64,000 nt of DNA from Selaginella moellendorffii. Taxonomy: Eukaryota; Plantae; Lycopodiophyta. Position numbers and translations under genes: made by a program. The DNA lies in contig NW_003314271.1 of NCBI RefSeq assembly GCF_000143415.4, positions 2,347,185-2,411,184 on the forward strand. The letters run 5' to 3'. A model generated the notes under the pieces. The model ran no database searches. It saw only the letters and a program-made list of their open reading frames with translations, and was not told the origin of the DNA. Below, in pieces: positions 48,860 through 63,633 of the stretch (position 1 is the stretch's first letter; each line of letters begins with the position of its first letter).

Positions 48860-49290
48860 GGCACGAGATTTGACCTTCCCCCTTTGGCATCCCAAAAGTC
48901 AACAATTCACTTAACTTTTCTTTTCCCAGGACCACCAAGATGGAACTTTGATAAAACTGTGCGTTGTTACCATAGCCATAGCTTGCCTAGTCTAAGAAAA
49001 GAGAGATTTCTTGCTCTCCATATACATTCTTCTGGATGGATCATGGACGCCACATTTCCGCAAAATCCGGATTATAAGGATTTTAACGCGTACGCGGTGT
49101 TCGTATGCCAGACCCGTACAACCGCTGCCTCACCTGGACTGACTGACCTTGACCCTATAACCTTGGAATGAGATATACTGTTCGTTATATTCCACGCGGC
49201 AGTGCCCAGACCCCGTCTGCCCGTTGACGCCGTCAAGCACGATTCCTCGCACGGACGGAATATACCCCTTCTCTTTCGCGGTATATAAAT
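48860..49290 (+). promoter_or_regulatory. VQ gene promoter with W-box cluster and TATA box
   Basis: TTGACC 48870 and 49149, AGTCAA 48897, ACGCGT near 49087, TATATAAAT 49282-49290. Confidence 0.55.
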
Positions 49291-49503
49291 GAGAGAGGCT
49301 TTTCCCCAAATCATTTCCATTCAATCGCTTCGGAGGAAAGTGTGACCCCGCGGGGTGTGGTGTACCGCTCCAATTCCATCCGAAAATCCGGCCGGATCTT
49401 CCAGCGCCGCCAGGAAAGTTCTCGCAGGTTTGGGTGGATCTCTGGCGAGTTTTTTCCTCGATTCGATCGCTACAACACCGCGCCGCAGCAGCACAGCGCA
49501 GTG

Positions 49504-50451
49504 ATGGATCAAGGAGGCAGCGGCGGTGGCGCCACTGGCGCCAGCGCGAGGAGGAGCAGGCCCTCGGCGCTCAAGATGAGCAAGGATTCCAGGGCGATCC
49601 GCAAGCCGCCGGTGCCGCTGCCCGTGGTGCAGTACCGGCAGCCCGTGATCATCCACACGTACTCCCCCAAAGTGATCGAGACCGACGCCACCAATTTCAT
49701 GTGGCTCGTCCAGCGCCTCACCGGATCATCCGACACCCGGAGGCGATGCAAGACCTCCAAGCCGGCAGTGCTGCCCACCTTCATGCCCAGCAGCCCATCC
49801 CACTCGCCCAGATCCTTGCCCACCACTGCCAGGAATTCCTCTCCTTGGAAGCGGGAGATCGTGGAGGAGGAGCCAGTGATCAATCAGCGCCACCGGCACC
49901 ACCAATTATCCGGCTCGCCCAGCAGCGAAGAAGCCGAAGATCCAGAGCTCCTCCGCTCCTCCTCCGCCGGGGACGACGATTCCTCCTCCATTTCCGACCT
50001 GCAGCAGCAATTCAAGGTGGAGCACCTCCTCCTCTCGCCGGCATCCAGCTCCGACTCGGGCAATCCCTTCCACCGCCTGGCGAATCCACTGCTCGCGTCG
50101 CCGAAAAGCCCCCTGGTCAGCTTCGATGCCGCGGGGCTCGCGTTTGGAGATCAGCACCGCCACTTCCTCCCCAATCCCTTCTCCACCTCCTCCTCGCTCG
50201 CTTCCAATGGCGAGCCATCGGTCTACGTTCCACAGATGACGATCCAGCAGCAGCAGCCATGGTCCCCCATTTTCACTCCCAGTGGAATCTCCCACGCGGA
50301 CTTCCTCCCCGAGTTCGATCTCTGGACGACGATGAGCTCCTCTTCTTCCGAGTTTCACGGCCTCTCTCCTCGCAGCAAGCTGTTTGGGCCGATGCAGTCG
50401 CCCGCTACCATGGCTTTCCGGGACATGGCCTTCGCCTTCGTCAAGGACTAG
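49504..50451 (+). CDS. VQ-motif protein, MKS1-like (intronless)
   Basis: RPSALKMSKDSRAIRKP...RQPVIIHTYSPKVIET...NFMWLVQRLTG (FxxxVQxLTG). Confidence 0.92.
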   Translation: MDQGGSGGGATGASARRSRPSALKMSKDSRAIRKPPVPLPVVQYRQPVIIHTYSPKVIETDATNFMWLVQRLTGSSDTRRRCKTSKPAVLPTFMPSSPSHSPRSLPTTARNSSPWKREIVEEEPVINQRHRHHQLSGSPSSEEAEDPELLRSSSAGDDDSSSISDLQQQFKVEHLLLSPASSSDSGNPFHRLANPLLASPKSPLVSFDAAGLAFGDQHRHFLPNPFSTSSSLASNGEPSVYVPQMTIQQQQPWSPIFTPSGISHADFLPEFDLWTTMSSSSSEFHGLSPRSKLFGPMQSPATMAFRDMAFAFVKD

Positions 50452-52178
50452 AAAGGAAGACGAAAGGTTCGCTGTTGGTTTTTGGATAGCTCAATCGCTG
50501 TTCCTTCTCCGAGAGGACGATGAGGCTGGCGTACTTGTACATAAGAAATCTTCCACTTTCGCCAGGTTGGAATCGATAATTTCTCAGTCTCGTCCTGCTG
50601 ATAGAGTTCATCCTCGACCGGGGTTTTTGTGTCGATCAAGCTTTGTTTCGCTCTTTCAGTCCTCGATAAAGATAGTTTTTTGTGTTCTTGGGCATTTTTT
50701 CTCTGATATGGCAACAGCGAGGCTGGATGGTTCGCCGGTTCCTTTCAGAGTTTTATCGGGCAAGGAAGATTTTGCGCTTCCGTGCGCCTCTCGTCTCGTC
50801 CCTCTCTCTCTCTCTCTCGCACAATCGTATAGCAAGAACAGACCCGGAACAGATCACCATAAAGATTGTTGGTTGCACTGCACGCTTCATCCAAATGCGT
50901 TAAAAAACATCGCATTTAAGACGCTGACGAGATGATGTTTGCTGCGCTGCTGTCGAGAGACGTAACCAAGATCGCTTGCAGAACCTCTGGGGCCGAGAAT
51001 CTCCGATGGAGAAAGAAGTGGAGATCAGAACCACTTTCGCCCCGCCAGGAGCTCGAGTTTTCACGCACGACATGCAGGCGTTTCAATCATCCAGAGGAGA
51101 TCTAAGCGGCGAATCTGGCGTTTGCTCCTCCCGGCGACTGACTTGGATCGTCGGCGGCCGCCAAGAAACGAAGCGACGAAGACGGCAGTAGCCCTTCTCC
51201 CCCTTGTGTATGTTCATGCGCTAGCGATGACTTTATAAACTTGTTGTGTGTCCGGCTCATTCTTTCAAAGCTCTGCGGCACGCGACGTCCATATCAGAGC
51301 CAAAACGTTTCCCGTCGCTGGATCACAAGCTCCTGTGCAAGCACGAGTCAACCAACGTGCATGCCCGACCTCTGGGAATTGTTTTTGCATTCTTCCGCTG
51401 GGTTGTGCGCTTTGCGTTCCAGATCCCTGTGTGCCAACTGAGCAGAAAGTCGTCGGTGTTTGGCGGAGAGATTCGCACCCCCATTCCTTGCAATCTCGCC
51501 CAAAAGCCAATTTTTCAAAGCTTTCCCGTTCTATCCACTTGCCACCTACTTTGGAAGGCTTTCGAAAGCTTTATATGAGAAGGAAGAGCTGAAGCACCTT
51601 TGCTTGCATGTAAGTACCACCTCATACTTTCTTTGGCCGAGAAATTCCAACTTGTCGGCTCTAAAGATAAGCGTAGATCACTGTTCCTGTTCCTTTTGCT
51701 ACTGCGCTTTGTGATACTTGAATCGCAAATGGACAACGGAGATGGCCTGTTACCTGGAAGGCACACACACAGAATTAGCGATGCAACTGGAAGAAAACAA
51801 ACACTTCAGGACAGCGCAAGACTTGAGGAGAGAAAAAAAAAAGACTATACCGGGTAGCATTCTGATGAGTCGATCGATGGGACCCCTTTGGCGATGCAAG
51901 TTGTTGGAGAATACGTAAGCAGTTCCTGTGTAGTGTAACAATAAACAAACGCTTTTGACAAGGAAGGCCCAACAGCAGAAAGAAGAAACAAAGCACTTAG
52001 ATGGCTATATCTTAGTGTTCCTGTGAAGCCAAGGTATGTAAGCAATGACGCAAACGGGCCTGAATACCTTGTTCCTCAGGAGAAAGACTCACACATAACA
52101 TTCGCTTCGCCTCTCTCTCTCGAGCGTCTTCAGACCTGGTCCTCGTTTCCTTTTCTACTTCTCTGTTTCCATCGTCCT

Positions 52179-53403
52179 TCAGAGATCTTTTGCCGCCTTT
52201 TCCCGAGCCTCTCTTCTCCTTCTGGCAACTTCCATGAAGAATTCTGGCGGCGGTAGAGGCTTGGAATTCTGTGGAGGGTAGACGACGTAGCTTCGCTGCA
52301 AAAATCGAGAGCCAAATCGAATCTCGTTAGTAGACCGAGCTGGAAGATAGGTGGAGAAAAAGAAGGAAAAAACAAAGAAAAGAAACAGCTTAAGAGCGAG
52401 CTAGCGAGAAAAAGAAAGAACAATCGCGCAAAGACACATTCTCATAGGAAACGCTGGCAAAGAAAACTTTGATTGCTGGACGCAGAAAGAGAAGGAAAAT
52501 CGCAAAGACAGTCGTCATTTCTTTTAGTTTAAACACACAAACAATCAAGACAAAGTTCTATTTTCTTCTTCTTTCCTTGTGAAAAGAGACTATCTATTTA
52601 GAAATTAGAAACACGGCCAGAAAGAAAAAAGAATGGAAGAACAATCGGGCAAGCCGAAAGACAAAGAAAGCATTAAGAAGGACGATGGAAGAATCGCAAA
52701 AGTGTGAGGATGTACCACACAAAGTTCCAGAAGGAATCATACCAAGTGTGTATCTAGCAAGAAAGCTGCGAGAAAGTATCACGCTTCTTCACGAGAATAA
52801 AAAAAAAGAAAAAACGATTGGGAGGAAGTACCACACAAAGTTCCAGAAGGAAACATGCCAAGTGTCTATCTAACAACAAGGCAAAACGAGTCAGAGAGAA
52901 AAGAGAAACATTGAAAGCTGCGAGAAAGTATCGCGCCGCTTAACGAGAAGATGGGAAGGAACAAAGAAGAGAGAAGCTGGACAGAAGCTGGACGGAGAAA
53001 CCATTAAGAAGGTGGAAGAATCGCAAAAGCAGCAGACAAAGTTCCAGAAGGAAACATATCTAGCATGAGAAAGCTGCGAGAAAGTATCGCACTGCTCAAT
53101 GGAAACGAAAAAGAAACGAGAAGCTGGACAAAACCACAAAACCCTGAGAAGCAATGAAGATGGAATGCAATGCATCGATTCACTCACATTGCGGATGGCC
53201 CAGTTGAGCGCGTCGGAGCCAGCCGAGAAGCCGAAGATGAGAACCACCGGGATCGTCACGTAGACGCTGAATTTGAACATCTCGAGCCAGAACTTTGGCC
53301 GGCTGCGCGAGCCGCGCACATCGGGCAGAGAAATCGGGAACTTACGCTTGTGCTGCTGCTCCGCCGCCGCGGCCGGGACCTTCTCCTGCTGCGTCGACGC
53401 CAT
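52179..53403 (-). CDS. PET100-like cytochrome c oxidase assembly factor; join(53403..53188,52295..52179)
   Basis: LEMFKFSVYVTIPV transmembrane segment, then N|RSYVVYPP; canonical GT-AG phase-0 intron. Confidence 0.8.
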
Positions 53404-53627
53404 TCCTCGCCAGATTAGGGCAAAACAAGCAAGAGCTTTGAGAGTATTCGAACCGGTACACAGCAACACTTTAGGGTTTTTTCGCGCGTAAGCAAGAACT
53501 TTGAGAGGATTCGAACCGTTACCCGACAGCACTTAGGGCTTTTCCAGGGCGCGCGCGACGCGAGCTTCGTTTTCGTCCCTTCCGCCCTGGCGCGCGGCGG
53601 GGATCGATCGCTCGGTCCATCAGGTAG

Positions 53628-55092
<1,465 letters not shown>

Positions 55093-57326
55093 TGAGCCCC
55101 AAGTTCTCGCTTTGTCTCTCTTTCTCTCACACACGGAGATCGATCGAAAGCCTGGTCGGAAGGCGATTTCTAGATGAAGATCGACGAGTTGCTTAAGTGG
55201 GTTTGTGATTAAAGTTAAAATCTTACCATCTAAGTGACCTAAACTTTGCGCGCCATAATTTCAAATAAAATCCACGCCAACCTCGATATAGAAAATGAAT
55301 TTACCCCGACACGGATTCCAATGTCGCGGGAAAAGATGAGAAATCAAAAGATTTTACACCACGCTTTGCTTTCGCTACGCGCGCCAAAACGTTTTCACCC
55401 CACTCCTCGTTGTTCGTACACGATGGCGATGGCCACAACAAGATTTGGGCCACAAGTTCTAACTGTATTCAATTCTCGCACGCATGGGCCATGATTTGAT
55501 CACGTCGATGCCCTAGTAGCTACTTGCGGGGAGGTATTTGAAAGTTGGCGGGGCGGGAAAACGGAATGGGATGTGAATGGATTGAAGTTGAGGGGGGCGA
55601 AAGCGCTGCTTCGATCGAGCGATCGATCCATTCTTGCGAGTGGTCGCGCTCGTTCTTTTTGTTTGTTATGCAGCTAGTGTGGCCGTAATAGCGATTGATA
55701 AGATAGTGGTGGAATTACAAACACAATCACCAGCATCAATTGTTTCCCTCTTTTAACATCAATCGCTATACCTAGCGGCCTGGCCCTGCTGCCCATTTCT
55801 TGAATTGCACTTATCCATCACAGTTTTTTATTCAACTGCCAAATTACATGGTGTTAATGTCTGGAGGAGTGAGCATTTAAAAGTTAAAAAGATAGAGCCA
55901 GGCATCTAGAGACAACAACAACAATAACAACAACAGTTGCAGAAAAGCAACCCCAAACAAGATTCAAATTAAAGATGGAGCCCTTTGTCCTTGCATGCAC
56001 CCCCACATTGATTCTCACATGTGGATAGTTTGCAAAGTGATGCCATGACCTATGGTCCCTTGAAATATTTCTATTAGTATGTTCTTTTTTTCACAGCCCT
56101 ATCTGACAAGTGTTTTGTGATGACGTGGCGATAGCAGGTGCTAACACGTCGGCTTGTCTAGGGCTGAGGTGGCTAGCCGGACAAAGGGGGGAGGTTTAAA
56201 GTCCTCGCATATGAGCGAGAGCTCGCTCTGTGCGAGTGGAATGGTAGCCATGCGTTCACTGCTGCTCCCCGACAATAGGTCTAAGTAGAGGCGCGCGCTG
56301 TGGCTTGTGGGGCGTCTTTCTCTTTCTCTCTGGTGTTTCGTAATGACTGATCCCTCCCTTTTCGATGAGCTGTGCTGAGCGCAAGCCAAAGCCAACAACA
56401 GGATATCAGAGGAATAAAATGCGAGCTGGAAACAAACAGCGCTAGCTAGCAAGCCAAGCACAGTGGCAGCTCTCGCCTCTCTCACACAGAAAAAGAGAGG
56501 AAAAGAAAAGGAAAAAGGGAGCGAATCCACTCTAGTCGGAGGATGAGATGAGGAGCTGTAAATGCGTAACGACAGGAGAGGAGTTTGTAGCGAGCGACTT
56601 ACTTCTCATCAGACTGTTCCAGAGTGTTGTGGGCACAAGCGAGCGCAGGAACACTGTAGCAGCAGGAGCAGCAGCGTAGCACACGAAGGTCGCTCTCCTC
56701 TTCTTTTTTTTTTTTTTTGCCTCCATCCCTTCTTCCTTCTTGGCACTCTGGCATTCCTCCTCTCCTGCGCTTGCCACTCTGCTTACGAATGAATGCATGA
56801 TCATCATCGGCGGCGCCAAGTACAGGTGGTTGCTTTGTCGCTTGGCCCATCCACTGTAGCTGCTGAGCAAACAAAACAGAAGCCGATCAGAGGTTTCCAA
56901 ACTTGGTGAAAGCCGTATTGAAATGCTGCTGTCTACTTACCTCACTCTCTCTGTAAGGGTGCACTGTTTGTGCTCCTCCTATTTCTTCTCTGCTCGCTGA
57001 GCAGCGTTGATAACTTCACTGGGTTGTGCCTCCTCCTCCTCGATTGAGAGATTTCTTTTCCTCTATGCAATTGCCTCCTCTTTTCACTTCGTTGTCCTGC
57101 TCAGTGCTACTGCTTTGTAGTACGCTGCGAGCGGTCTCTCCTTTTGTTCTTTCTTTCTCTGATGTGGGCCGTCTCGTGACTCGCCAGCTCTCCTCCAGCA
57201 CCGTGTACGTCCTTGAAGAGAATTGAAGTCCATGAAGAACCCGATGGTTGGTTGAAGGAAGTCCTGCCTTCCCCCTGTTCATCGCTTCGGCACGAGTGGC
57301 TGTTCCTCTTCTCCAACGAATCCGGA

Positions 57327-60300
57327 ATGAAGCCCGATACTCCGCTGGATTCTGTGGTGTTTCAGCTCGACGAATCTCGCTCCAGGTTTCTCTTTTCTTT
57401 CTCTTTTCGTTTCGTAGGCCTTGAATCGTTCTTGCCTTAGATGCGAGCTATGGGTTGCCGCTGGAGAGTCCACCGAGAGATTGGCCTCTGGATCCTTGAT
57501 GCCATTTCTAGCGCATCTCGACACGGCGCAAGAGCAGCTCGCGAATGATTGTAGCTCCATCGAGCTGCATTGTCCACATCAAGGCGCTTCCTGGTTCACC
57601 AAAAGAACCATCGAAAGGTCAGTTTTGTTGTACCAACAATTGATAGCGATTTAAATTTCACTCACCCACTTGCGCGCGACAGGTTCGTGAGATTTGTGAG
57701 CACGCCCGATGTGTTGGAGCGTGTGAGCTTCTTGGAGACGGAGCGCATGAAACTCGCTGAAGCGAGCAGCATCTTGATAAGCGAATCACCTCACGTAAGC
57801 GCTGGGAATTACTCGTTGCGATGACATCCCTCATCGTGCTTGCAAATTTGCTTTTTTCCACAGGTTGGAGCCTGCCTCCCACTCCCAGTTCTCGAATCTG
57901 GAAACGCAGGTTAGTTAAATCACTTGAAAATTAGAACCGAGAACGTAAAGACCGCTGACACGGGAGATGTTTCAGGCAAGGAAAAAGTTGAGCAAGCCAA
58001 AGCGCAGGTACGAAATGAAATGCAACTAGATATGAGTTTCGGCATGTTCTGAATCCGTCCTTCACAGGCTCATGCAGAGGCAGAGGAGCATTCAATGGAC
58101 ACCCTGGAGGTTGAAACTGAGTCTTCAAGGTAAAGGCCGACGAGCTCTCTCTTAGAATTCCACGCTCGGTTTCAATGCGCTCTCCCTTCCGAGTGGCAGG
58201 AGGCACTTGGTAAAGGCGATGGATGCACGGCGACTTATTCTGGAAAAGGAGCAAAGGAGTGCATTTGCTCGTGCAGCGGCAGCGGGCTTCACCATTGGTT
58301 CTCTGCCTGACTTGATCGCTTTCGCAGGCTGCTTTGGTGCCACCCGGCTGAGGTAACCCAGCACTTCATGGTCAAGTTTTGCTGACGAAACTATATGCAG
58401 TGAGGCCTGCTCGAAGTTTGCGGAATTGCATAGGAAACTACTTGATCCGGACGTTCCAGCGGAAAAACTGGAGGAAAAATCAGACACTCGGGCTTCTACA
58501 AAACTGGAGGAAAAATCAGAGACTCGTGCTTCTACAAAACTGGAGGAAAAATTAGAGGTGGAAGTACAGGCTGAGGTTGGGGTGAAAAACGTTGGAAGGA
58601 GAAGGGTATGGGGACCACCTGTCGCTGAGATCCCACTACAGATGCCGTTGGAAAGAGTGAATGGTAGTGTACCTGAGTCCGAAGGGCCGGATTGGAAAGA
58701 TGGCGCATTTACTCCCGATGACTCCGACTCGCCACAAAAGTCCACTGCTTCCGGAGGCCGTGAATCTGATTGGGAAGACAAGGAAGGCAGCAGTGAGAAC
58801 CCCGTTTACGCAAATGTGCTCGGTCAACTAAGCGGGAAAGACGCCGACAGTGGTGAGGCTGGGGAGGCCAAGTCCGCATCCAACCAGGTGGATGCGTCTG
58901 CAGTTCGAAGAAAAGGGATCGTTGTCATCAAGAACCTCAAGTTTCCGCAGACCGGAGCAAGCAGCATCATTGCAAAGCAGTCAGACACAGAGAGCGACAG
59001 AGACAGTGAGAATGAAACAAAAGGTGGCAGTGGCGGACGGCTCAGCGTTCAGGCAGCCATTAGTCTGTTTGAAACCAAGCAGAAAACATCCAGGGAGGTT
59101 TCGAGACAACAGGTGGACACAAAGAATGTAGATAGGAAGACGTCGGATCCTCCAACACGTACAGGAAAGCAAGACCCAGCGGCAAGTGACGGACACAAGT
59201 ACGCACTCAAGCACAAGCACACACCGCGGGAACTTCTAAGTGACGATGTCAAGCGCAAAAGCATGCTTACCGAAAGTTTACAGTTGGGTTTGCCGAAGAG
59301 AGACCGCGATTTCATTCTGCAAAAGTCAAGTTTAGATAGCAAGGGACAAAGAGGACATACTAAAATGGACGCTGTGAATGATCTGGCTAGGACTCGGAAG
59401 GAACAGGTTGATAGAACACAAAAAGAGGGCGGGAGCCGTCAGAACACTACAGCAAAAACTGCAGACGAGATTAGAAAAGAGTTGCTTAGTAGGACTCAGC
59501 AAAGAACAGGTGCAAGCAACCAGAGCACAGTAAAATCTGCGGACGAAATCAGCAAGGAACTGCTTGATAGGAGCTATACGTGCTTGCTGAAAATAAACTC
59601 TGTTGTGCAAGACGCCTTGTTCTCTGCTTCGGCCTTGCGACAGACTAAAAAACCGGAACAGCCCAAGGCAAATGTCGAAACAGATAGCGACAGCAGGGAA
59701 TGGAGATCACTCTCGAATGTTTCCAAGTTCGGTTTAGACGACATCTTCCTCGAGAATAACGTTTCAACCAAGGAAGCCTCTCGGAGACAGTCATTGTGCA
59801 CTCCAGCAGAGTATGACGGTAAAGCCAATAGCGACGACGTAATGGCAACAAGAGCTCCTCACGAGCATGAGAAGGGAAGGTTTTACGACCAGTATCAAGA
59901 AATACGAGCCGCAAAATACAAGAAGGAATCGACACACTTGAAAGCAGAGCGAGAATCGAAGCTGAGAGCAATGCAGGATGTTTTGGAAAGGCGCAAGACA
60001 GAACTTATGGGAAAAAGCACGCGGCTCCCAGAAAAGAACAATACGATGACAGTTGAGCAGATACGGGCCATAAAGCTTCAAGCCACGAAAAACGTCGTGA
60101 AAAAGGTACATACCTCGAGTTTTTGTTTAACGGTTCGATGATCTTTCTTATACAGGATGTGCGCTTAGACTCCATCAAAGCTCTGCAAAATGAAAAGTCA
60201 GGGACCCGGACTAGAACTTCCAACGTTCTGCGCTGCAAGCAAGAGTCATCTCCAAGCTCTACAACCTCATCCACAAGAAAAATCTCACCTGGTCCTCCGA

Positions 60301-61789
60301 AGCCACTAGCAACTCCAAGGAACTTCGGACGCTTAAGTTCCTCTCCACGTTCGAAGCACTTATCGAGTGGACCTCCTGTAAGTCAAAGAAGAATGCCGAA
60401 TTTTATGAGTCAGTCGGTTATCGCTGAAAGCTTGCATACTCAAGCAGACCTGAGAAAGGAAAATGCCAAGCCTTTTACGGGGAGAAACAGCTTGAACACG
60501 ATTCATGAGGCTGGCCAACCGTCGAGATATTCTCAGTCCCGGGCAGACAAGGTGAACCGAAACTTGGCACTTGAAACTTCTCCTTCCAACGGGGAGATTA
60601 AGAGACTGGGTGGGAAGGGAAGAACGGACGCCAGGGACAGCCAGATTCTAGCTCCACTCAAAGTTCCTCGAGACCTGGCACCAGAAAAAGGCAGGGTGAA
60701 ACAGGATTTGCCAAAGGCTCAAGGCGTACCAAGGATTGTGATTCCTAGACCGTCCAACTCTCCAGTCTCTTCTGGTTCGAAGCCCGGAAGTGTTCCTGAG
60801 CCGAAGTGTGAAGCCGGAAAAACTGGTACTGTGGAAAGGTCCACACCAGTCTCCTCGACGAAGTCCAGCGACGAGTGCATCAAGCAGATCGTAAGCTGTA
60901 CTAGCAAGGATAGAAACGAGCAGGCACCTGAGGACAACCCTTCCAAGACTTTGGCTTCCCCTGGCCTCCCGGCTGAAGCTCCACAGGTCTCTCTGGTCAT
61001 TACGAACGTCAAAAGTGAGAGCTTCAAAGAGCAACCAAAGTCGGAGGAGCCTTACACTTCGAGCGAGATCAAGTTCGAGGCGTTTGTCTCCAAGGATTTC
61101 GAGGACGACGTGCAGATCGACGAGGCTCTGGAGAAATGCATGTCCGGGAGATCTTTCCTGGACGGCATCTCCGCTTCTCCACTCACGACGTACGAGACCA
61201 CCACCACCTTGGGAATCAAAGGCATTTGCTGCAGCAAACAGGATCTCATCAGTTCTTCGCTACGCACAGGGCCATCGTCGCAAAGTCTACCTCATTTGCA
61301 GCGATCGCTCTCCCCGTCATCGCTAGCATCCTTTCGAAACGACTTCGCTGCCAAGGAGATCAAGGCCCTTTGCAAAGAGCATCACCAGCCCGTGGCACAC
61401 AAGGACCAGCCCAAGGGATTGAAGCGCCTCCTCAAATTCGGACGTAGGAGCCGAGCGTCGGACAGCAATGCGGGGGAATGGAGCACGTTCAACGAGGATT
61501 TCATCGTAAACAGTACCCGATCGAGCAAGAAGAACGCGGCGGTGGAGGAACCCTTGCCCAGGACGGCCGGATCCAGCGCCGGGAGCAGCGTGAGGCGGAG
61601 CTTGGAGGCGCTGCCAAAGATTGCCGACGCTGCGAGCGAAATATGTAAGATTCGTACAAATCCCTCTCCCTCGCTCTCTCAGATCTAGCTTACAGACTCA
61701 CCGATCGCGCCTTGTTTGCAGCAGCCAGGAATTTCTTCTCCACTTTCCGGAGCAAGAGCAACGCCAGTGAATCCCGATCTAGGGCTTGA
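57327..61789 (+). CDS. COP1-interacting protein 7 (CIP7)-like protein (multi-exon)
   Basis: MKPDTPLDSVVFQL..RCEL..LASGSLMPFLAHL..WFTKRTIER|FVRFVSTPDVLER; KGRFYDQY; KGLKRLLKFGRR; C-terminal RNFFSTFRSK. Confidence 0.88.
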
Positions 61790-61979
61790 GAGCTCCGCGC
61801 GAATGTGAACTGGGAATAGGTATAGAGATGGAAAGAAAAGAGAAAGCTCGGATACTTTGTGGTGTGAACTCAAATGAAAGGATATTCGATTCCAAACGGC
61901 CCTTACCGCGCGGCATACAGCCACATGGCGTACAGCGCTGCACGGTCTGGCAGTAACATCAAACATTGAACTCTTCTTT

Positions 61980-63572
61980 TCAAGCTTCTGCCATAGCCGC
62001 TGCTTGTATCTCCTTGACGAGATCATCATACGCTGCGAGAACAAAAAATCTAAGACTTTCAAGCTTTCCTAGAAAAAAAAGAGAGAAAAGATTACCATCG
62101 GGTAGAAGTTTCATTCTCAAGAGTTCTTCCGCTTTAGAAACTTTGATCGACGCAGCTTGAGATGCCTGCTGCGACCGAGTTCCACGCCGCCCGCTTGCTT
62201 TTCGGCCTGGATGAGCGAGAGACCACACCAAAACCGTGCACCGCGTCGGGTACTCGGACGCGAGATTGTCAAAGGCGAGCTCGACGTCGGCTTTACTGGC
62301 AGAACGAACCGCGCATAGAAATCACAAAAAGAAAACACTTGCAAGCATAAGGACGTCTTACCAGGTTGGTTCGTCGAGTGAAAACTTGATCAGGTTGTAA
62401 GGCAAGCTGTGGTAAAGATCTCCAATACTGTCTCCGTGGAGCTGCTTTAGCCCCAGAATCTGGAAACTACTCTTGTGTCACAACAAACGATCTAAACTCG
62501 AAGAGTTTTACCTGTCCTCGTCTACAAACAAAAGCCTGTAGATGGCTGTCAACATGGTCGAGGAAATTCTAGAGAAAAAGATGAGTAAAGCTCAAATAGA
62601 GAAGAAGCAAGCGGATTACCGTGGCACTAAGCTGCAAGTGAGTTTTCTCTATCTCGCGGAGGTTCAAGTAAAATGGAATGTTGTCTTTGCTCACGAAAAT
62701 TTTGTTGGACGGTGGCTTCGTTGTTAAAACACAGTAGTAGCGTTCTTGTTCTTGTTCTGCAACATACCACCATCACTAACTTGTTGGGCGAATGTTTATC
62801 CCATACCTGAGAAAGCTGGAGTGAATTCGATTCCGATGCGTCTGTTGCTCAAGATAAAAATTGCCTGGGAGCTCGAAAGAGAATTAAGCACAAAAGAGAA
62901 ATTCTGGATTCTTGTACCTTTCGACCGATATGATACAGCAATCTTCCGGTGTCGTTCCTTTCACTCTCGGAACTATTTTCGCTGTAAGCCTGCAAAAGAC
63001 GAATGCTCCTAGAACTACACAAAACTAAGAGAAACTACCTGCTCAAAGATGGTTTCTAGCAGTGCATCGTTCCAACTAGAGCTTTCCAAATACGCCCCCT
63101 CTACGACAAAACAAATCTAGCAAATCAAAGAAAAAGGAAAGAGAAAAACAAGTCCAACCTGAAGAGCTAGCTCTAGCTTCATCGAACTCTTGAGCCAATT
63201 TTGCGCCTTGAGCTTTCTCTGGCTTACTAGACAAAAATTTAGCTCGAGAAACATACAAAGAAGGGAAAAGAAGAACAAAGAATACCTGAGCGTTTCACGA
63301 AGTTGTAGATGCCTCTCTTGCAATCCCGAAACTACGATAGAGAAAAAAAAAGAGAGAGATCATAAATATGGAAGCGTGAGCCTTGGAACACTTACTTCGA
63401 GCTCGGATCGCTTCCAGGGACACTTCGTGCTCGTCTTCCTGCCAGATTGGGGGTAAAATCCAGACTAAAATTCGAAGAATGCTACCCGTGGAGTCGTGTC
63501 GGCGTGAATGCGCTTGGGGCGCTGGGCGTGAGGGCGTCGCTCACTGATCTTCCGCTTGTCCCGCTCCTCCAT
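61980..63572 (-). CDS. CENP-O: Centromere protein O (CENP-O/Mcm21) homologue (many small exons)
   Basis: Exons encode RRIGIEF, FLDHVDSHLQAFVCRRGQ, LKQLHGDSIGDLYHSLPYNLIKF, YPTRCTVLVW, AEELLRMKLLPD|AYDDL, resembling plant CENP-O. Confidence 0.8.
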
Positions 63573-63633
63573 TGTTAGGGCTCACTATGTGACGTGGCCA
63601 TATTTTAGGGTTTATGCGAGGTTTTTGTGGGCA

